A stretch of 64,000 nucleotides of DNA from an uncultured Candidatus Saccharibacteria bacterium (GTDB taxonomy: Bacteria; Patescibacteriota; Minisyncoccia; Phycocordibacterales; DATDWN01): assembly GCA_964551495.1 (NCBI GenBank), contig CAZKCA010000004.1, positions 15,439 through 79,438 on the forward strand, written 5' to 3'. Shown piece by piece: positions 21,242 through 30,120 of the stretch (position 1 is the first letter of the stretch; each line of letters opens with the position of its first letter). The position numbers and the translations under genes were made by a program. Under the pieces are notes generated by a model, which did not search any database, was not told the origin of the DNA, and saw only the letters and a program-made list of their open reading frames with translations.

Positions 21242-21361
21242 CTATGCAGCAGATTCTTCTGATGTCTCAGAAGTCTCTTCAGTAGGAACTTCCATTCCTT
21301 CTTCTTTCTTTTTCTCTTCTGTCATAGGATCCATAGCTGGATTTGTATTTGTTTCGTCCAT
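21242..21361 (-). CDS. Small acidic protein, 39 aa (MDETNTNPAMDPMTEEKKKEEGMEVPTEETSETSEESAA)
   Basis: Below ORF-track cutoff; clean ATG..TAG, biased codons, followed by a terminator. Confidence 0.55.
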   Translation of the reverse strand: MDETNTNPAMDPMTEEKKKEEGMEVPTEETSETSEESAA

Positions 21362-21451
21362 AATTTTAGATTTAAGTTAAACTGACAAAGACGACCTATT
21401 TGAAACCATAACAAAATAAAGCTTACATTGCAATCTTTTTATAATTTAAAT

Positions 21452-21480
21452 TTGACTTTTTTATAAAATAGGTATATAAT
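21452..21480 (+). promoter_or_regulatory. Sigma70-type promoter
   Basis: TTGACT-17 nt-TATAAT. Confidence 0.75.
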
Positions 21481-21509
21481 ACAGGTATAAGTAATTTGAA
21501 AATTTAAAG

Positions 21510-21604
21510 ACCGGAACCTCTTTTCTTTACTGCGGATTTAAGTCCCTAGTAAAGAGAGGGGTAGCTGGTAATTAGCTGGCTTGTTGGGCTTGTCCGCACA
21601 ACAA
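21510..21604 (+). ncRNA. Candidate structured leader/ncRNA
   Basis: 14-bp stem CTCTTTTCTTTACT/AGTAAAGAGAGGGG (with G-U), outer ACCGG/CTGGT, second hairpin TTGTTG/CAACAA; lies between promoter and ORF. Confidence 0.4.
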
Positions 21605-21630
21605 CTTCGCTTCTCTCAAGATTAAAAAGT

Positions 21631-21822
21631 ATGAAAATCTTTACAATTTTGGGTTGGGGCCTTCTAATTATTATGCTAAAGTTCCTGACCCCAGAGATTT
21701 ACTCTGGTATCATGGACACCCTCGTAGTGTTCTTTGATACCGCACAAGCCGTCCTAGCCAAAGGCAAAGATGGTATGGAAGCTTCTGTGATCCTTCCAAG
21801 TATTGCTCCGCTAGCCAAATAG
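21631..21822 (+). CDS. Small membrane protein, 63 aa
   Basis: Hydrophobic N-terminus; upstream promoter; downstream terminator (AAACCGAACG/CGTTCGGTTT). Confidence 0.6.
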   Translation: MKIFTILGWGLLIIMLKFLTPEIYSGIMDTLVVFFDTAQAVLAKGKDGMEASVILPSIAPLAK

Positions 21823-21865
21823 AAAACTAAAACCGAACGACATCCGTTCGGTTTGTTTTTTATTT

Positions 21866-22324
21866 TTAATTTAAAACTGCGTATGGGAATAAAACACCAA
21901 ATTCTTTGCACCAAATAACAACACTTTTAAAATCTTCTAAATTTTCTGGTAATTCATAGTTTTGATTTCCAATGTTTCCTTTTAATACACCCAAATCAAC
22001 ATAGCTTCCTAGATTTTCTTTTGGATTTTCTGAATCTGAAAGATAAACAAACAAATCTGGACCATTTGTGACTTCAAAATCTTCAAACCTTAAAATCCTG
22101 CTTCCATCTGGATATTCTATAACTTTGGCCTTGCCAGTACCTTTATGAATAAAATCTGAATCTACAAAATTTCCCTCTTTTAAAACTACTGGCTCTAGAC
22201 CTTCTTCCATCTCAGGCATTTCTTCATCTACCCTATTATCTATAAAGTATGTTTGAAACTGAAAGTAGTAAAAACCCAAAGCTAGTAAACCAATAAGTAT
22301 TACAAATAAAATTATTTTTTTCAT
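21866..22324 (-). CDS. DM13-domain protein (start probably 22324)
   Basis: H.G.G.A, LRFEDF.VTNGPDLFVYLS, DLG.LKGNIGNQNY, VVIWC..F. Confidence 0.85.
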   Translation of the reverse strand: MKKIILFVILIGLLALGFYYFQFQTYFIDNRVDEEMPEMEEGLEPVVLKEGNFVDSDFIHKGTGKAKVIEYPDGSRILRFEDFEVTNGPDLFVYLSDSENPKENLGSYVDLGVLKGNIGNQNYELPENLEDFKSVVIWCKEFGVLFPYAVLN

Positions 22325-22387
22325 AATGAGATTATAGCAAAAATCGAACATTTTTGTTCGATTTTTATTTTCATAATTTTACAAAAA

Positions 22388-22501
22388 TTATTTCTTCTTT
22401 TTCTTTAGAGCCAGTCTAGCTTTTTTTGTAGCTAATCTCTTTTTTGTTTTTTTAGAACGAGAAGTTTTATTTTTTGTATTTGTTGCTGCTCTTTTTGCCA
22501 T
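22388..22501 (-). CDS. Small very basic protein, 37 aa (MAKRAATNTKNKTSRSKKTKKRLATKKARLALKKKKK)
   Basis: Below ORF-track cutoff; TATAAT just upstream of the ATG (leaderless style). Confidence 0.6.
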   Translation of the reverse strand: MAKRAATNTKNKTSRSKKTKKRLATKKARLALKKKKK

Positions 22502-22549
22502 AAAAATATTATAACAGTTTTTTATTTATTTACTAATTTCATAAAATAA

Positions 22550-22700
22550 AAAACCGATCCAGGAAGGTGGTTTGTTTGAAGATTTCGCACGCCACTACTT
22601 TCTTCCCACCTTCTGGTATCGGTTGACTAAAGCCCCTGGCCGGTTCGTCATTCCAACCAGGTAAGCACGGCATTTAGGAAACAGTTTGTTGTTCCATATA
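22550..22700 (-). ncRNA. Candidate ~150-nt small RNA
   Basis: TTGTAA-16-TATAAT promoter (22732-22705); three hairpins, the last closed by AACCGAT..AAGGTGG/CCACCTT..ATCGGTT and followed by a U-tract; no substantial ORF. Confidence 0.45.
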
Positions 22701-22769
22701 GAAAATTATACTGATTAAAAATTTTTTTACAAATTTTATAACAATTTAAAAGGGTGGCTATTTGCTACC

Positions 22770-22925
22770 CTAGACACCAAAAATGAATTTAATCTTGGTT
22801 CTTTTTGCTCTTTTGATTTTTTCATCACAAAAGTTGATCCTAAAAACAATTCTTCTTAAGATGTAGTCTATATGATCATCAGTAAGTTTTCTAAAGAGTT
22901 TTTTCTTTCCTCTTCTGGTTTTCAT
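22770..22925 (-). CDS. Orphan micro-gene, 51 aa (MKTRRGKKKLF...)
   Basis: AAAGGGTG SD-like motif, extended -10 TGGTAGTAT, terminator overlapping the stop. Confidence 0.5.
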   Translation of the reverse strand: MKTRRGKKKLFRKLTDDHIDYILRRIVFRINFCDEKIKRAKRTKIKFIFGV

Positions 22926-22965
22926 GATTTCACCCTTTCTATTTACGATACTACCACAAAAATAG

Positions 22966-23898
22966 CTAATCAAAAATATTTGCCAAATACTTATCAATCT
23001 CTCTTTGGTCCATATCATAGAAATTCATATTGTTGTTATGAAGATAAGTGGCCAGTTTTACCCCGACAAATCTCCAATGCCAAGGTTCAAAAATATAATA
23101 AGAATTATCTTTTGGATACGAAAGTGTAAAGCCAAATTTATGTGCATTTTCCTGCATCCATTTGTAGGCTTCTGTTTTATCAAAACCCGTAAGCTGACCA
23201 TTTAGTCCTGTGGTTATAAAATCTGCTGTGGTCCCTATTTGATGCTCAGAGTAACCCTGATCGGCAGAAAATGTGTTTGCTGTCCCTGCTCCATATGTAA
23301 TAGTGTAATAAGATTTCAAAGACCTTTGTTCATCAAAAGATCTATACGCAGATTTAACATAAAGAGTTACTCCATCTGCTTTTGCGCTATCTAGCATCAT
23401 TTTTAAAAATGGCCAAGCCTGAGACAAAAACCCTTCTTTTCTAGCTGAGCTATAAGTATATTCTGCTGGTATCTCGACCACACCTTGAGGTCTGTAATTT
23501 TCATTTAGAAAATAAACTTTAGAATATTTTTTCAATAATTCATCGTCTGTATTAGCTAACTTTTCTAAAGTTCCAACTGTGCCAGAAATTGTCCCGACTG
23601 TCTGCTCTACCCCACCAACTTTGTTTCTTACATCATCCACATTTCTTTGGGTACTAGAAAGTGTATCAGAAAGTCCTGTTGTTTTATCTTTCAAATCGGC
23701 AATGTTTTTAGAAAAATCATCAAAATTTAGGGCCAAAAATTCAGTCGTAGAAGCAAGCTCCGAATTTAAAACTTCAACGTTTTTAGATAGTTTGGAAATC
23801 TGAAAAGCTTGAATGATAGAGAAAGTACCAAGTAAAATAAAAACCACAATAGCAGGTATTAGGTGATGATTTTCTTTTATAATTTTCCTGTAATTCAC
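22966..23898 (-). CDS. M15B/VanY-type D,D-carboxypeptidase on TM plus coiled-coil stalk
   Basis: SAYRS, SEHQIG and EPWHWRF motifs. Confidence 0.85.
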   Translation of the reverse strand: MNYRKIIKENHHLIPAIVVFILLGTFSIIQAFQISKLSKNVEVLNSELASTTEFLALNFDDFSKNIADLKDKTTGLSDTLSSTQRNVDDVRNKVGGVEQTVGTISGTVGTLEKLANTDDELLKKYSKVYFLNENYRPQGVVEIPAEYTYSSARKEGFLSQAWPFLKMMLDSAKADGVTLYVKSAYRSFDEQRSLKSYYTITYGAGTANTFSADQGYSEHQIGTTADFITTGLNGQLTGFDKTEAYKWMQENAHKFGFTLSYPKDNSYYIFEPWHWRFVGVKLATYLHNNNMNFYDMDQREIDKYLANIFD

Positions 23899-23950
23899 TA
23901 GATAATTATACCACTACAGTAACCATACAAAAAGGTGGCCGTTTGGCCAC

Positions 23951-24079
23951 CTAGAAATTGAAGACGAACTCCAAAATCTTCCGAGAAACTCTCCCATCGA
24001 GAGCAAAATCTTTTTCTGCCCGCTCGATTATCTCAAGTTTCTCAGCTAAAATTCTATCGAATTCTTCGACTGATTGCAT
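23951..24079 (-). CDS. Orphan micro-gene, 42 aa (MQSVEEFDRILAEKLE...)
   Basis: GGGAGG SD; terminator AGGTGGCC-AAAC-GGCCACCT at the stop. Confidence 0.55.
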   Translation of the reverse strand: MQSVEEFDRILAEKLEIIERAEKDFALDGRVSRKILEFVFNF

Positions 24080-24109
24080 AGATCCTCCCTACAAGAATAA
24101 TACCATAAA

Positions 24110-24412
24110 TTAAACTAAAATTTTTATAGAAAAGTTTACAATATCTTTATCAAATATTTTTTCTTTCCTTCTTACTTCAGATTTTAAAGGCAACAAATAT
24201 GTTTCCGATCTTTTGTCTGGAAAAATAGAAGTCCTCCATTTTGTTTTACCCAAAGAAACTTCTACAGGAAGAGATCCCCAACCCCTATTCAAACCCTTAA
24301 ACCTATCACTTATTATTTTTGTCTCTTTTTTTGGAACAGACACAAAATGCCAAGCGGCAAAAGAACTTGGATAAATCCAAACTTCAGATTTTATTTTGAA
24401 AATTTTTTGCAT
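24110..24412 (-). CDS. DUF1905-family protein
   Basis: W.FVSVP, GWGSLPV.V.LG.T.W.TSIFP, YLLPLK..VR. Confidence 0.75.
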   Translation of the reverse strand: MQKIFKIKSEVWIYPSSFAAWHFVSVPKKETKIISDRFKGLNRGWGSLPVEVSLGKTKWRTSIFPDKRSETYLLPLKSEVRRKEKIFDKDIVNFSIKILV

Positions 24413-24415
24413 AAA

Positions 24416-24964
24416 TTAAACAAAACGATCAGTAAAAAATAAAGAAAATGTTACTACAAAAATTTCAAAAACAATATAATAACTAAGTGCTTCCAAAAAC
24501 GAAAAAGGTATAGATGGTAACGAACCAAGTATCACTGTAAAAGTCCAAGAAGTAACAGAAACAACACCACTCGCTACCAACAGTTTTTTCTTTCTACTAA
24601 ATTCATCAGAAGAAGGATAATGATGATCTACATGACGGTCTATTCTAGGTAAATGAACTAAATGAAAAACTAAACCATTTAATAAAATAACAAAAACAAT
24701 AAAAACTTTTATTAAAAATTTTGAAGAATCTAGGTATAAAGAAGTATTGGTAGAAAATATGAGTAATCCAGTGATAATAAGAATAACGAGTCCTGTCCAG
24801 ACAAAAATACTACCTATTTTCATAAATCTAAGCTCTGTTTGAGATATAACTTTATCTTTTACAGAACTTAGAAAGATTATATCACTTACATAAGCTCCTC
24901 CTGCACCGATTATTGCTCCAAAAATATGTAGTAATAAATAAAAATCTCTAATACCTAATTCCAT
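24416..24964 (-). CDS. Hypothetical multi-pass membrane protein
   Basis: Several TM helices with His residues. Confidence 0.6.
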   Translation of the reverse strand: MELGIRDFYLLLHIFGAIIGAGGAYVSDIIFLSSVKDKVISQTELRFMKIGSIFVWTGLVILIITGLLIFSTNTSLYLDSSKFLIKVFIVFVILLNGLVFHLVHLPRIDRHVDHHYPSSDEFSRKKKLLVASGVVSVTSWTFTVILGSLPSIPFSFLEALSYYIVFEIFVVTFSLFFTDRFV

Positions 24965-25029
24965 TATATTAAATTATATCATTAAAATAATTAGAAATGG
25001 CGACACCCTTTTAGTATCGCCATTTTCAG

Positions 25030-25233
25030 CTAGTTTTCACTACCAGAAGACTGTTGTAAGCCTCTGGCAAGATCAAAAACGTGGCCAATCACTCCTCCTT
25101 CGTGATGTAAATCTGCCTTAACTTCGGCAGACATAACCATCTTGATTGCCTTTGAGATATTGCCTGGACTAGGAGGCAACTCCTCATTTGCTATTGCGAA
25201 GTCAACGACCGCCTGATGACTTACTGTTGACAT
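25030..25233 (-). CDS. Orphan micro-gene, 67 aa (start re-assigned to ATG 25233)
   Basis: GGAGGAGGT SD before the ATG; terminator AAATGGCGA/TCGCCATTT downstream. Confidence 0.55.
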   Translation of the reverse strand: MSTVSHQAVVDFAIANEELPPSPGNISKAIKMVMSAEVKADLHHEGGVIGHVFDLARGLQQSSGSEN

Positions 25234-25429
25234 AGGAGTTACCTCCTCCAATATAATTATATTACTTATAAAAATTCAAACAACACAAACTGTTGAAAAA
25301 AATTTCGAGTCCAAGTCGCAAAGCAATGCTTTGCTTCTGACATAAAAAAGCCAAAGCTTTTTTGCTGGCCGTCTCGAGCTAGAACCTTTTGATACCAAGC
25401 CCTGCTTGACCGTTCACCTATATTATACA

Positions 25430-25939
25430 CTACTCCCACGACGCGTCTCGTGCGGCTTCAAGAATAGCGATATCCCGCGGCACCATATATTCTTTTGATT
25501 CAATCTGCTCTGCTTTGCTTCTCTTAATAATATCGAGTGCTTCGTTATACGGAAGCCACACCACCTCAAATCCTTCTGCAATTTCAGATTCAGTAAAGTC
25601 AGGTATTCCTTTTTCACCTACAACCTTGGCGAAGTAGCAATATGAAATTTGATGGAGATTACAAAACCTGCGCCACTCATTCACTAATCCGATCTCACCC
25701 ATAACCTCCACATCACATCCGATTTCTTCTCGACACTCTCGTTTGAGAGCAGTTACTTTGTTTGTATCGTCATCCAAGCCACCACCAGGAAGCTTGTAGT
25801 AATCGGTTTTGATGGCATGTAGAAGAGCTATATTATTTTCTTTATCGAAAACGACAGCGCGAGCAGCTTCTCTGGTACTATAAGTCTTTACCTCCTCTTC
25901 GGATACATTTTCGGGATTAAGTAAGATGAGTTCTTTCAT
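25430..25939 (-). CDS. NUDIX hydrolase
   Basis: KLPGGG.......ALKRECREEIG Nudix box; visibly more GC-rich than neighbours. Confidence 0.88.
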   Translation of the reverse strand: MKELILLNPENVSEEEVKTYSTREAARAVVFDKENNIALLHAIKTDYYKLPGGGLDDDTNKVTALKRECREEIGCDVEVMGEIGLVNEWRRFCNLHQISYCYFAKVVGEKGIPDFTESEIAEGFEVVWLPYNEALDIIKRSKAEQIESKEYMVPRDIAILEAARDASWE

Positions 25940-26007
25940 AAATTAATTATATCGCTTTCTGTGATTTTGCTAAGCACACGCCTCGGGCACTATAACCTAT
26001 CACGAGT

Positions 26008-26141
26008 TGGCTGGCAGACTTGGAATCTTCACACCTGGGAAACCCACGGTTTTCCCAATCCTTCCTCCACGGGAAACTCCCGTTTCCCGACCCTTTCCCA
26101 GTTCGAGTCCAAGTCTGAACAACAAAACAGCTCCGCTGTTT
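26008..26141 (-). repeat. tRNA-Gln-linked hairpin cassette
   Basis: Hairpin; inverted T-arm copy (26101-26117); two GGGAAA../..TTTCCC hairpins; degenerate direct 3'-end copy ending in CCA (26008-26030). Confidence 0.75.
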
Positions 26142-26142
26142 G

Positions 26143-26213
26143 CTGCCAGACTTGGACTCGAACCAAGATAACCTCCTCCAGAGGGAGGTGTCCTACCATT
26201 AGACGATCTAGCA
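26143..26213 (-). tRNA. tRNA-Gln(CTG)
   Basis: TGCTAGA/TCTGGCA acceptor; CCTCC-CTCTGGA-GGAGG anticodon arm; TTCGAGT T-loop. Confidence 0.92.
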
Positions 26214-26249
26214 ATACAAAAACAATACTCCAAAATTTATTTTTTTACA

Positions 26250-26530
26250 ATGAAAAAGGCGCCGTCCACACACTAAGGACGGCGCCTGAACCAGAGGAGT
26301 CGTAATGGCTTAAAGCCCTCCTCTAGCTCTTCACTGTATTATAGCACTTTTCAATAAAAAAGTAAAGCCCCATGTGTCCTTCACTACGCATGGGGCTTTG
26401 GGAAGAAAGCTGGTAGAGAAATCTCCCCAATCTGGCAAGATACTACCATATTTTAAAAAATAAAAAAACTCTCACGGGACAAGCCTGTGAGAGGTGGGTT
26501 AGTTCTGAAATGTCTGAATAGAGTATAGTA
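26250..26530 (-). ncRNA. Three tandem promoter-hairpin-terminator mini-units
   Basis: -10 boxes TATACT, TGGTAGTAT and TTTACT-17-TATAAT, each followed within 60-90 nt by a GC-rich hairpin and U-tract. Confidence 0.45.
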
Positions 26531-26537
26531 AAAAATT

Positions 26538-28175
26538 TTATTTTAAACAAGCTGATATAAAAGCAGAAAATAATGGATGAGGATTCATTGGTCTAGCTTT
26601 AAACTCTGGATGAAATTGTGTCCCCAAAAAGAAAGGATGTTTGTCTTTTGGAAGTTCTGCTATTTCCATAAGTCTTCCATCTGGAGATGTACCAGAAAAG
26701 ACAAGTCCCGCTTTTTCTATCTGTTCTATATATTCTGGATTTACTTCGTATCTGTGTCTATGTCTTTCTGAAATTTCATCCAAACTGTAAGCTCCTCTTG
26801 CAATGGTTCCCTCCTTTAACACTGCTTTGTATGCCCCCAACCTCATTGTTGCTCCATATTTACCATCTTCTAAAATTTTTTTCTGTTCTGGCATTATGTC
26901 TATAACAACCTTTGAAGCTTTTGGATTTATCTCTGCCGTATGAGCATCTTTCCAACCTAAAACATTTCTAGAGTATTCAATAACTGCAAGTTGCATGCCG
27001 TAACAAAGTCCTAGATAAGGTATTTTATTTGTTCTAGCGTAATGTATTGCCATAATGACACCTTCTATACCAGACTCACCAAAACCACCAGGAACAATTA
27101 TGCCGTCATAATTTTTTAATTCTGAGACTTTCTTTGGGTCTATTTCATAGTCTTTTGAATTTATCCAAGTCAAAACAGGTCTAGCGTCTTTCCAAAAGGC
27201 AGAAAATTTAATGGCTTCAATAACAGAAACGTAAGCGTCTGAAAGTACAAAATCTCCTGTATCAAAATATTTACCAACTACCGCTATTTTTAACTCCCTC
27301 TTTGCCTTTTGTCTTTTATTTACAAATTTTTTCCAATCTTTTAGATTTTCTTCTTTTGACTTGGCTCTCATATGCAAAGATTTTAAAATTGTTGAACCAA
27401 TTTTATCTTTTTCAAAATTTAAAGGAACATCGTAAACACTTTCTATATCTGGCGCAGAAATAACATTTTCTATAGAAATAGCACAAGCCATTGCGATCTT
27501 TTCTTTTCTTTTACTATCTAGAGGAAGTTTGCTACGAGCGATTATTATATCCGGCTGAACTCCATATGAATTTAACTGTCTTACAGCGTTTTGAGTTGGT
27601 CTTGTTTTCATTTCCCCTAATGAACCTGGTATAGGAAGATAAGAGACCATTATAAAAATAACATCTTGAGGTTGTTTTATTTTCAAAGTTCTTGCTGCTT
27701 CTATGAAAAGAATATTCTGATAATCACCTATTGTTCCACCTATTTCTATGAGAGATATGTCTGACTCATGTGTATCTGCTGCTTTTTTTATTCTTCTGAT
27801 TATTTCTTCTGTAATATGAGGTATTGCCTCAACACATTTTCCTCTATAACCTAGGTTTCTTTCTTTTTCAATAACATGTTTGTAAATCATTCCAGAAGTC
27901 ATATAGTCAACAGAATTTAGATCCATTTCTAAAAATCTTTCATAATTTCCCATATCTTGATCTGTCTCAAGTCCAGAATCAAGAACAAAAACTTCTCCAT
28001 GCTCTGTGGGGTTCATTGTACCAGCATCTACGTTTAAGTATGGGTCAACTTTAATAGGGTTAACTTTGTAACCTTTGCTTTGAAGTATTTTACCTATAGA
28101 CGACGAAGCTATACCCTTACCTACACCCGACATAACACCCCCTACAACAAATATATATTTATGGTTTTTTTTCAT
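26538..28175 (-). CDS. pyrG: CTP synthase
   Basis: KYIFV.GGV.SG.GKG, DPYLNVDAGTM.P.EHGEVFV, GLCYGMQ, TQFHPEF. Confidence 0.97.
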   Translation of the reverse strand: MKKNHKYIFVVGGVMSGVGKGIASSSIGKILQSKGYKVNPIKVDPYLNVDAGTMNPTEHGEVFVLDSGLETDQDMGNYERFLEMDLNSVDYMTSGMIYKHVIEKERNLGYRGKCVEAIPHITEEIIRRIKKAADTHESDISLIEIGGTIGDYQNILFIEAARTLKIKQPQDVIFIMVSYLPIPGSLGEMKTRPTQNAVRQLNSYGVQPDIIIARSKLPLDSKRKEKIAMACAISIENVISAPDIESVYDVPLNFEKDKIGSTILKSLHMRAKSKEENLKDWKKFVNKRQKAKRELKIAVVGKYFDTGDFVLSDAYVSVIEAIKFSAFWKDARPVLTWINSKDYEIDPKKVSELKNYDGIIVPGGFGESGIEGVIMAIHYARTNKIPYLGLCYGMQLAVIEYSRNVLGWKDAHTAEINPKASKVVIDIMPEQKKILEDGKYGATMRLGAYKAVLKEGTIARGAYSLDEISERHRHRYEVNPEYIEQIEKAGLVFSGTSPDGRLMEIAELPKDKHPFFLGTQFHPEFKARPMNPHPLFSAFISACLK

Positions 28176-28190
28176 CGTCTTATCAAATTA

Positions 28191-29117
28191 TCAAACTTGT
28201 AAATATTTTCTGACTGCCAAAAAGCTTGAGAAAGCCCCTATGCCAATTCCAGAAAATACAAGTATAAGAAAGATTTGACCAAAGTTTGATGTGTAATATT
28301 GGAAAACATTAAGACCAACAAAAAAGTCTGCTGTCGTATCACCAAGCCATAGAGTAATTGGGTAGAACAATATCAAAGTAATAATCGCTGCGATAAAACC
28401 ATACAAAGCTCCAGTCACAAAAAACGGACCTCTGATATAACCAGTGCTTGCACCAACAAGACGCATAACTGCTATCTCATCTTTGGACATATAAATAACA
28501 AGTCTTATTGTGTTAAATGTGATAAGTATAGAAGTGATTATAAGTATCAAATTTACAACAAAACCTAACCTATTTGCAGAACTAATTACTCTTGTTAGGC
28601 GGTCTATAGCCTCTTTGTTTTGATAATAATTTATATTATCTACGATAACAGTCCCATCGCTACCTAAAATATTTTGACCCTGAAGAAAATCAGCAATACT
28701 TGCATACTGAGAAGGATCTTTTGCTCTAATATTTAAAGCTGCCCCAAGTGGGTTTTCACCCAATTCTTCCAATGCCTGCAAAGTAAATTCATCATTTTCA
28801 TGTCTAGCTCTAAAATTAGCCAAAGCTTCTTCTCTGGATACATAGGTTATAGGAGGCAAAACCTCTGGTAATTGTTCTAATTTTGATTTTAAGGCTAAGA
28901 TATCTTCTTCTTTGGCCGAGTTTAAGAAATAAACATTAACATCTACTTTTTCTCGTATCGTGTCCAAAGTGGATTGCAGTATTGCTCCAGAAAAAATAGT
29001 TGAACCTATAACGAAAAGTGTAACGACCATAACAAGCATAGAAGAAAGAGAAACAAAACTATTTCTCCAAAAACTAAAGAATCCTGCTCTGATTATTCTT
29101 TTAAATATTACTAACAT
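28191..29117 (-). CDS. ftsX: Cell division permease FtsX
   Basis: 4-TM layout; NTIRL....EIAVMRLVGA; adjacent to ftsE. Confidence 0.9.
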   Translation of the reverse strand: MLVIFKRIIRAGFFSFWRNSFVSLSSMLVMVVTLFVIGSTIFSGAILQSTLDTIREKVDVNVYFLNSAKEEDILALKSKLEQLPEVLPPITYVSREEALANFRARHENDEFTLQALEELGENPLGAALNIRAKDPSQYASIADFLQGQNILGSDGTVIVDNINYYQNKEAIDRLTRVISSANRLGFVVNLILIITSILITFNTIRLVIYMSKDEIAVMRLVGASTGYIRGPFFVTGALYGFIAAIITLILFYPITLWLGDTTADFFVGLNVFQYYTSNFGQIFLILVFSGIGIGAFSSFLAVRKYLQV

Positions 29118-29123
29118 TGTATT

Positions 29124-29804
29124 TTATATTATATATTTACCTGACTTGTCGTCACGAATAATTTTACCATTTTCCATTGTAATAACCCTCTTACCTAAAG
29201 AATCTATAACTCCTTTATTGTGGGTTGTTAGAATAACCGTCGTCCCTAAATCATGAATTTTCTTAAGTATCTGAACAATATCATAAGTATTTAGTGGATC
29301 TAAATTTCCTGTCGGTTCATCAGCAATTATGACATCTGGTTGGTTTACTATAGCTCTAGCGATAGCCACTCTTTGTTTTTCTCCACCAGAAAGCTCACTT
29401 GGGAAATTCCATATTTTTTTACCCAAATCAACTAGATCCAAAACATGAGGAACATCTGCCTCTATTTCTTCATCTGTTCTTCCAGCCGCTTCCATAGCAA
29501 AGGCTATGTTTTCATAAACATTTTTATGTGGCAATAACCTAAAATCTTGAAAAACAGCTCCAATCTTTCTTCTATAATCATTTATCTCGTCTTTTCTTAG
29601 ACTATGAACATCAGTTGATTCAAAAAATACTTTTCCGTCACTCGGCCTTTCCTCCGCCAAAATCATTTTTATAAGAGTTGTTTTACCAGCTCCAGAATGG
29701 CCAACAATAGAAACAAACTCATTTGGTTCTATTGTGAAAGATATATCCTCCAAAGCAACAGAATTGTCAGGATAAATCTTTGAAACTTTATCGAAATAAA
29801 TCAT
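29124..29804 (-). CDS. ftsE: Cell division ATPase FtsE
   Basis: GHSGAGKTT, VFQDFRLL, LSGGEKQRVAIARA, ADEPTGNLD. Confidence 0.93.
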   Translation of the reverse strand: MIYFDKVSKIYPDNSVALEDISFTIEPNEFVSIVGHSGAGKTTLIKMILAEERPSDGKVFFESTDVHSLRKDEINDYRRKIGAVFQDFRLLPHKNVYENIAFAMEAAGRTDEEIEADVPHVLDLVDLGKKIWNFPSELSGGEKQRVAIARAIVNQPDVIIADEPTGNLDPLNTYDIVQILKKIHDLGTTVILTTHNKGVIDSLGKRVITMENGKIIRDDKSGKYII

Positions 29805-30120
29805 CCCTGTAGTAGAATTTTAGTTTGTTAAATCTTTCGACCGAAATTATATAAATAATCTTTTAATCTCCTTTTTAGAAGCCTTGCTCCTTGTGTAGTT
29901 TTTAAATATCTTTCTCTTCTCCTTGCATCACTTTCTACAAGACACGCTTCATAATATATTACCTTCCAAGGTAAACCTTTTTTAGTTGAAAGATTTAACC
30001 CTTGATTATGTTCCTTTAATCTTTTCTTTAAATCAGAAGTATAACCCTTGTATAAATCATCGTCCTTGTTTTGTAAAACATAAATATAGAACATAATCTA
30101 ACTAAAATTTCACTACAGGG
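29805..30120 (-). mobile_element. 316-bp element with terminal inverted repeats carrying a GIY-YIG gene
   Basis: 21-bp TIRs matching 19/21 (29805-29825, 30100-30120), flanked by TCAT direct repeats (29801-29804, 30121-30124). Confidence 0.7.
29828..30094 (-). CDS. Small GIY-YIG nuclease (UPF0213-like)
   Basis: FYIYVL, YKGYTSDLKKRLKEHN.G, YYEA, A.RRERYLK. Confidence 0.88.
   Translation of the reverse strand: MFYIYVLQNKDDDLYKGYTSDLKKRLKEHNQGLNLSTKKGLPWKVIYYEACLVESDARRRERYLKTTQGARLLKRRLKDYLYNFGRKI

Noticed and set aside
25961-26305. Three ORFs over the tRNA-Gln region
   Set aside because: Shadow frames across a tRNA and GC-rich palindromes.
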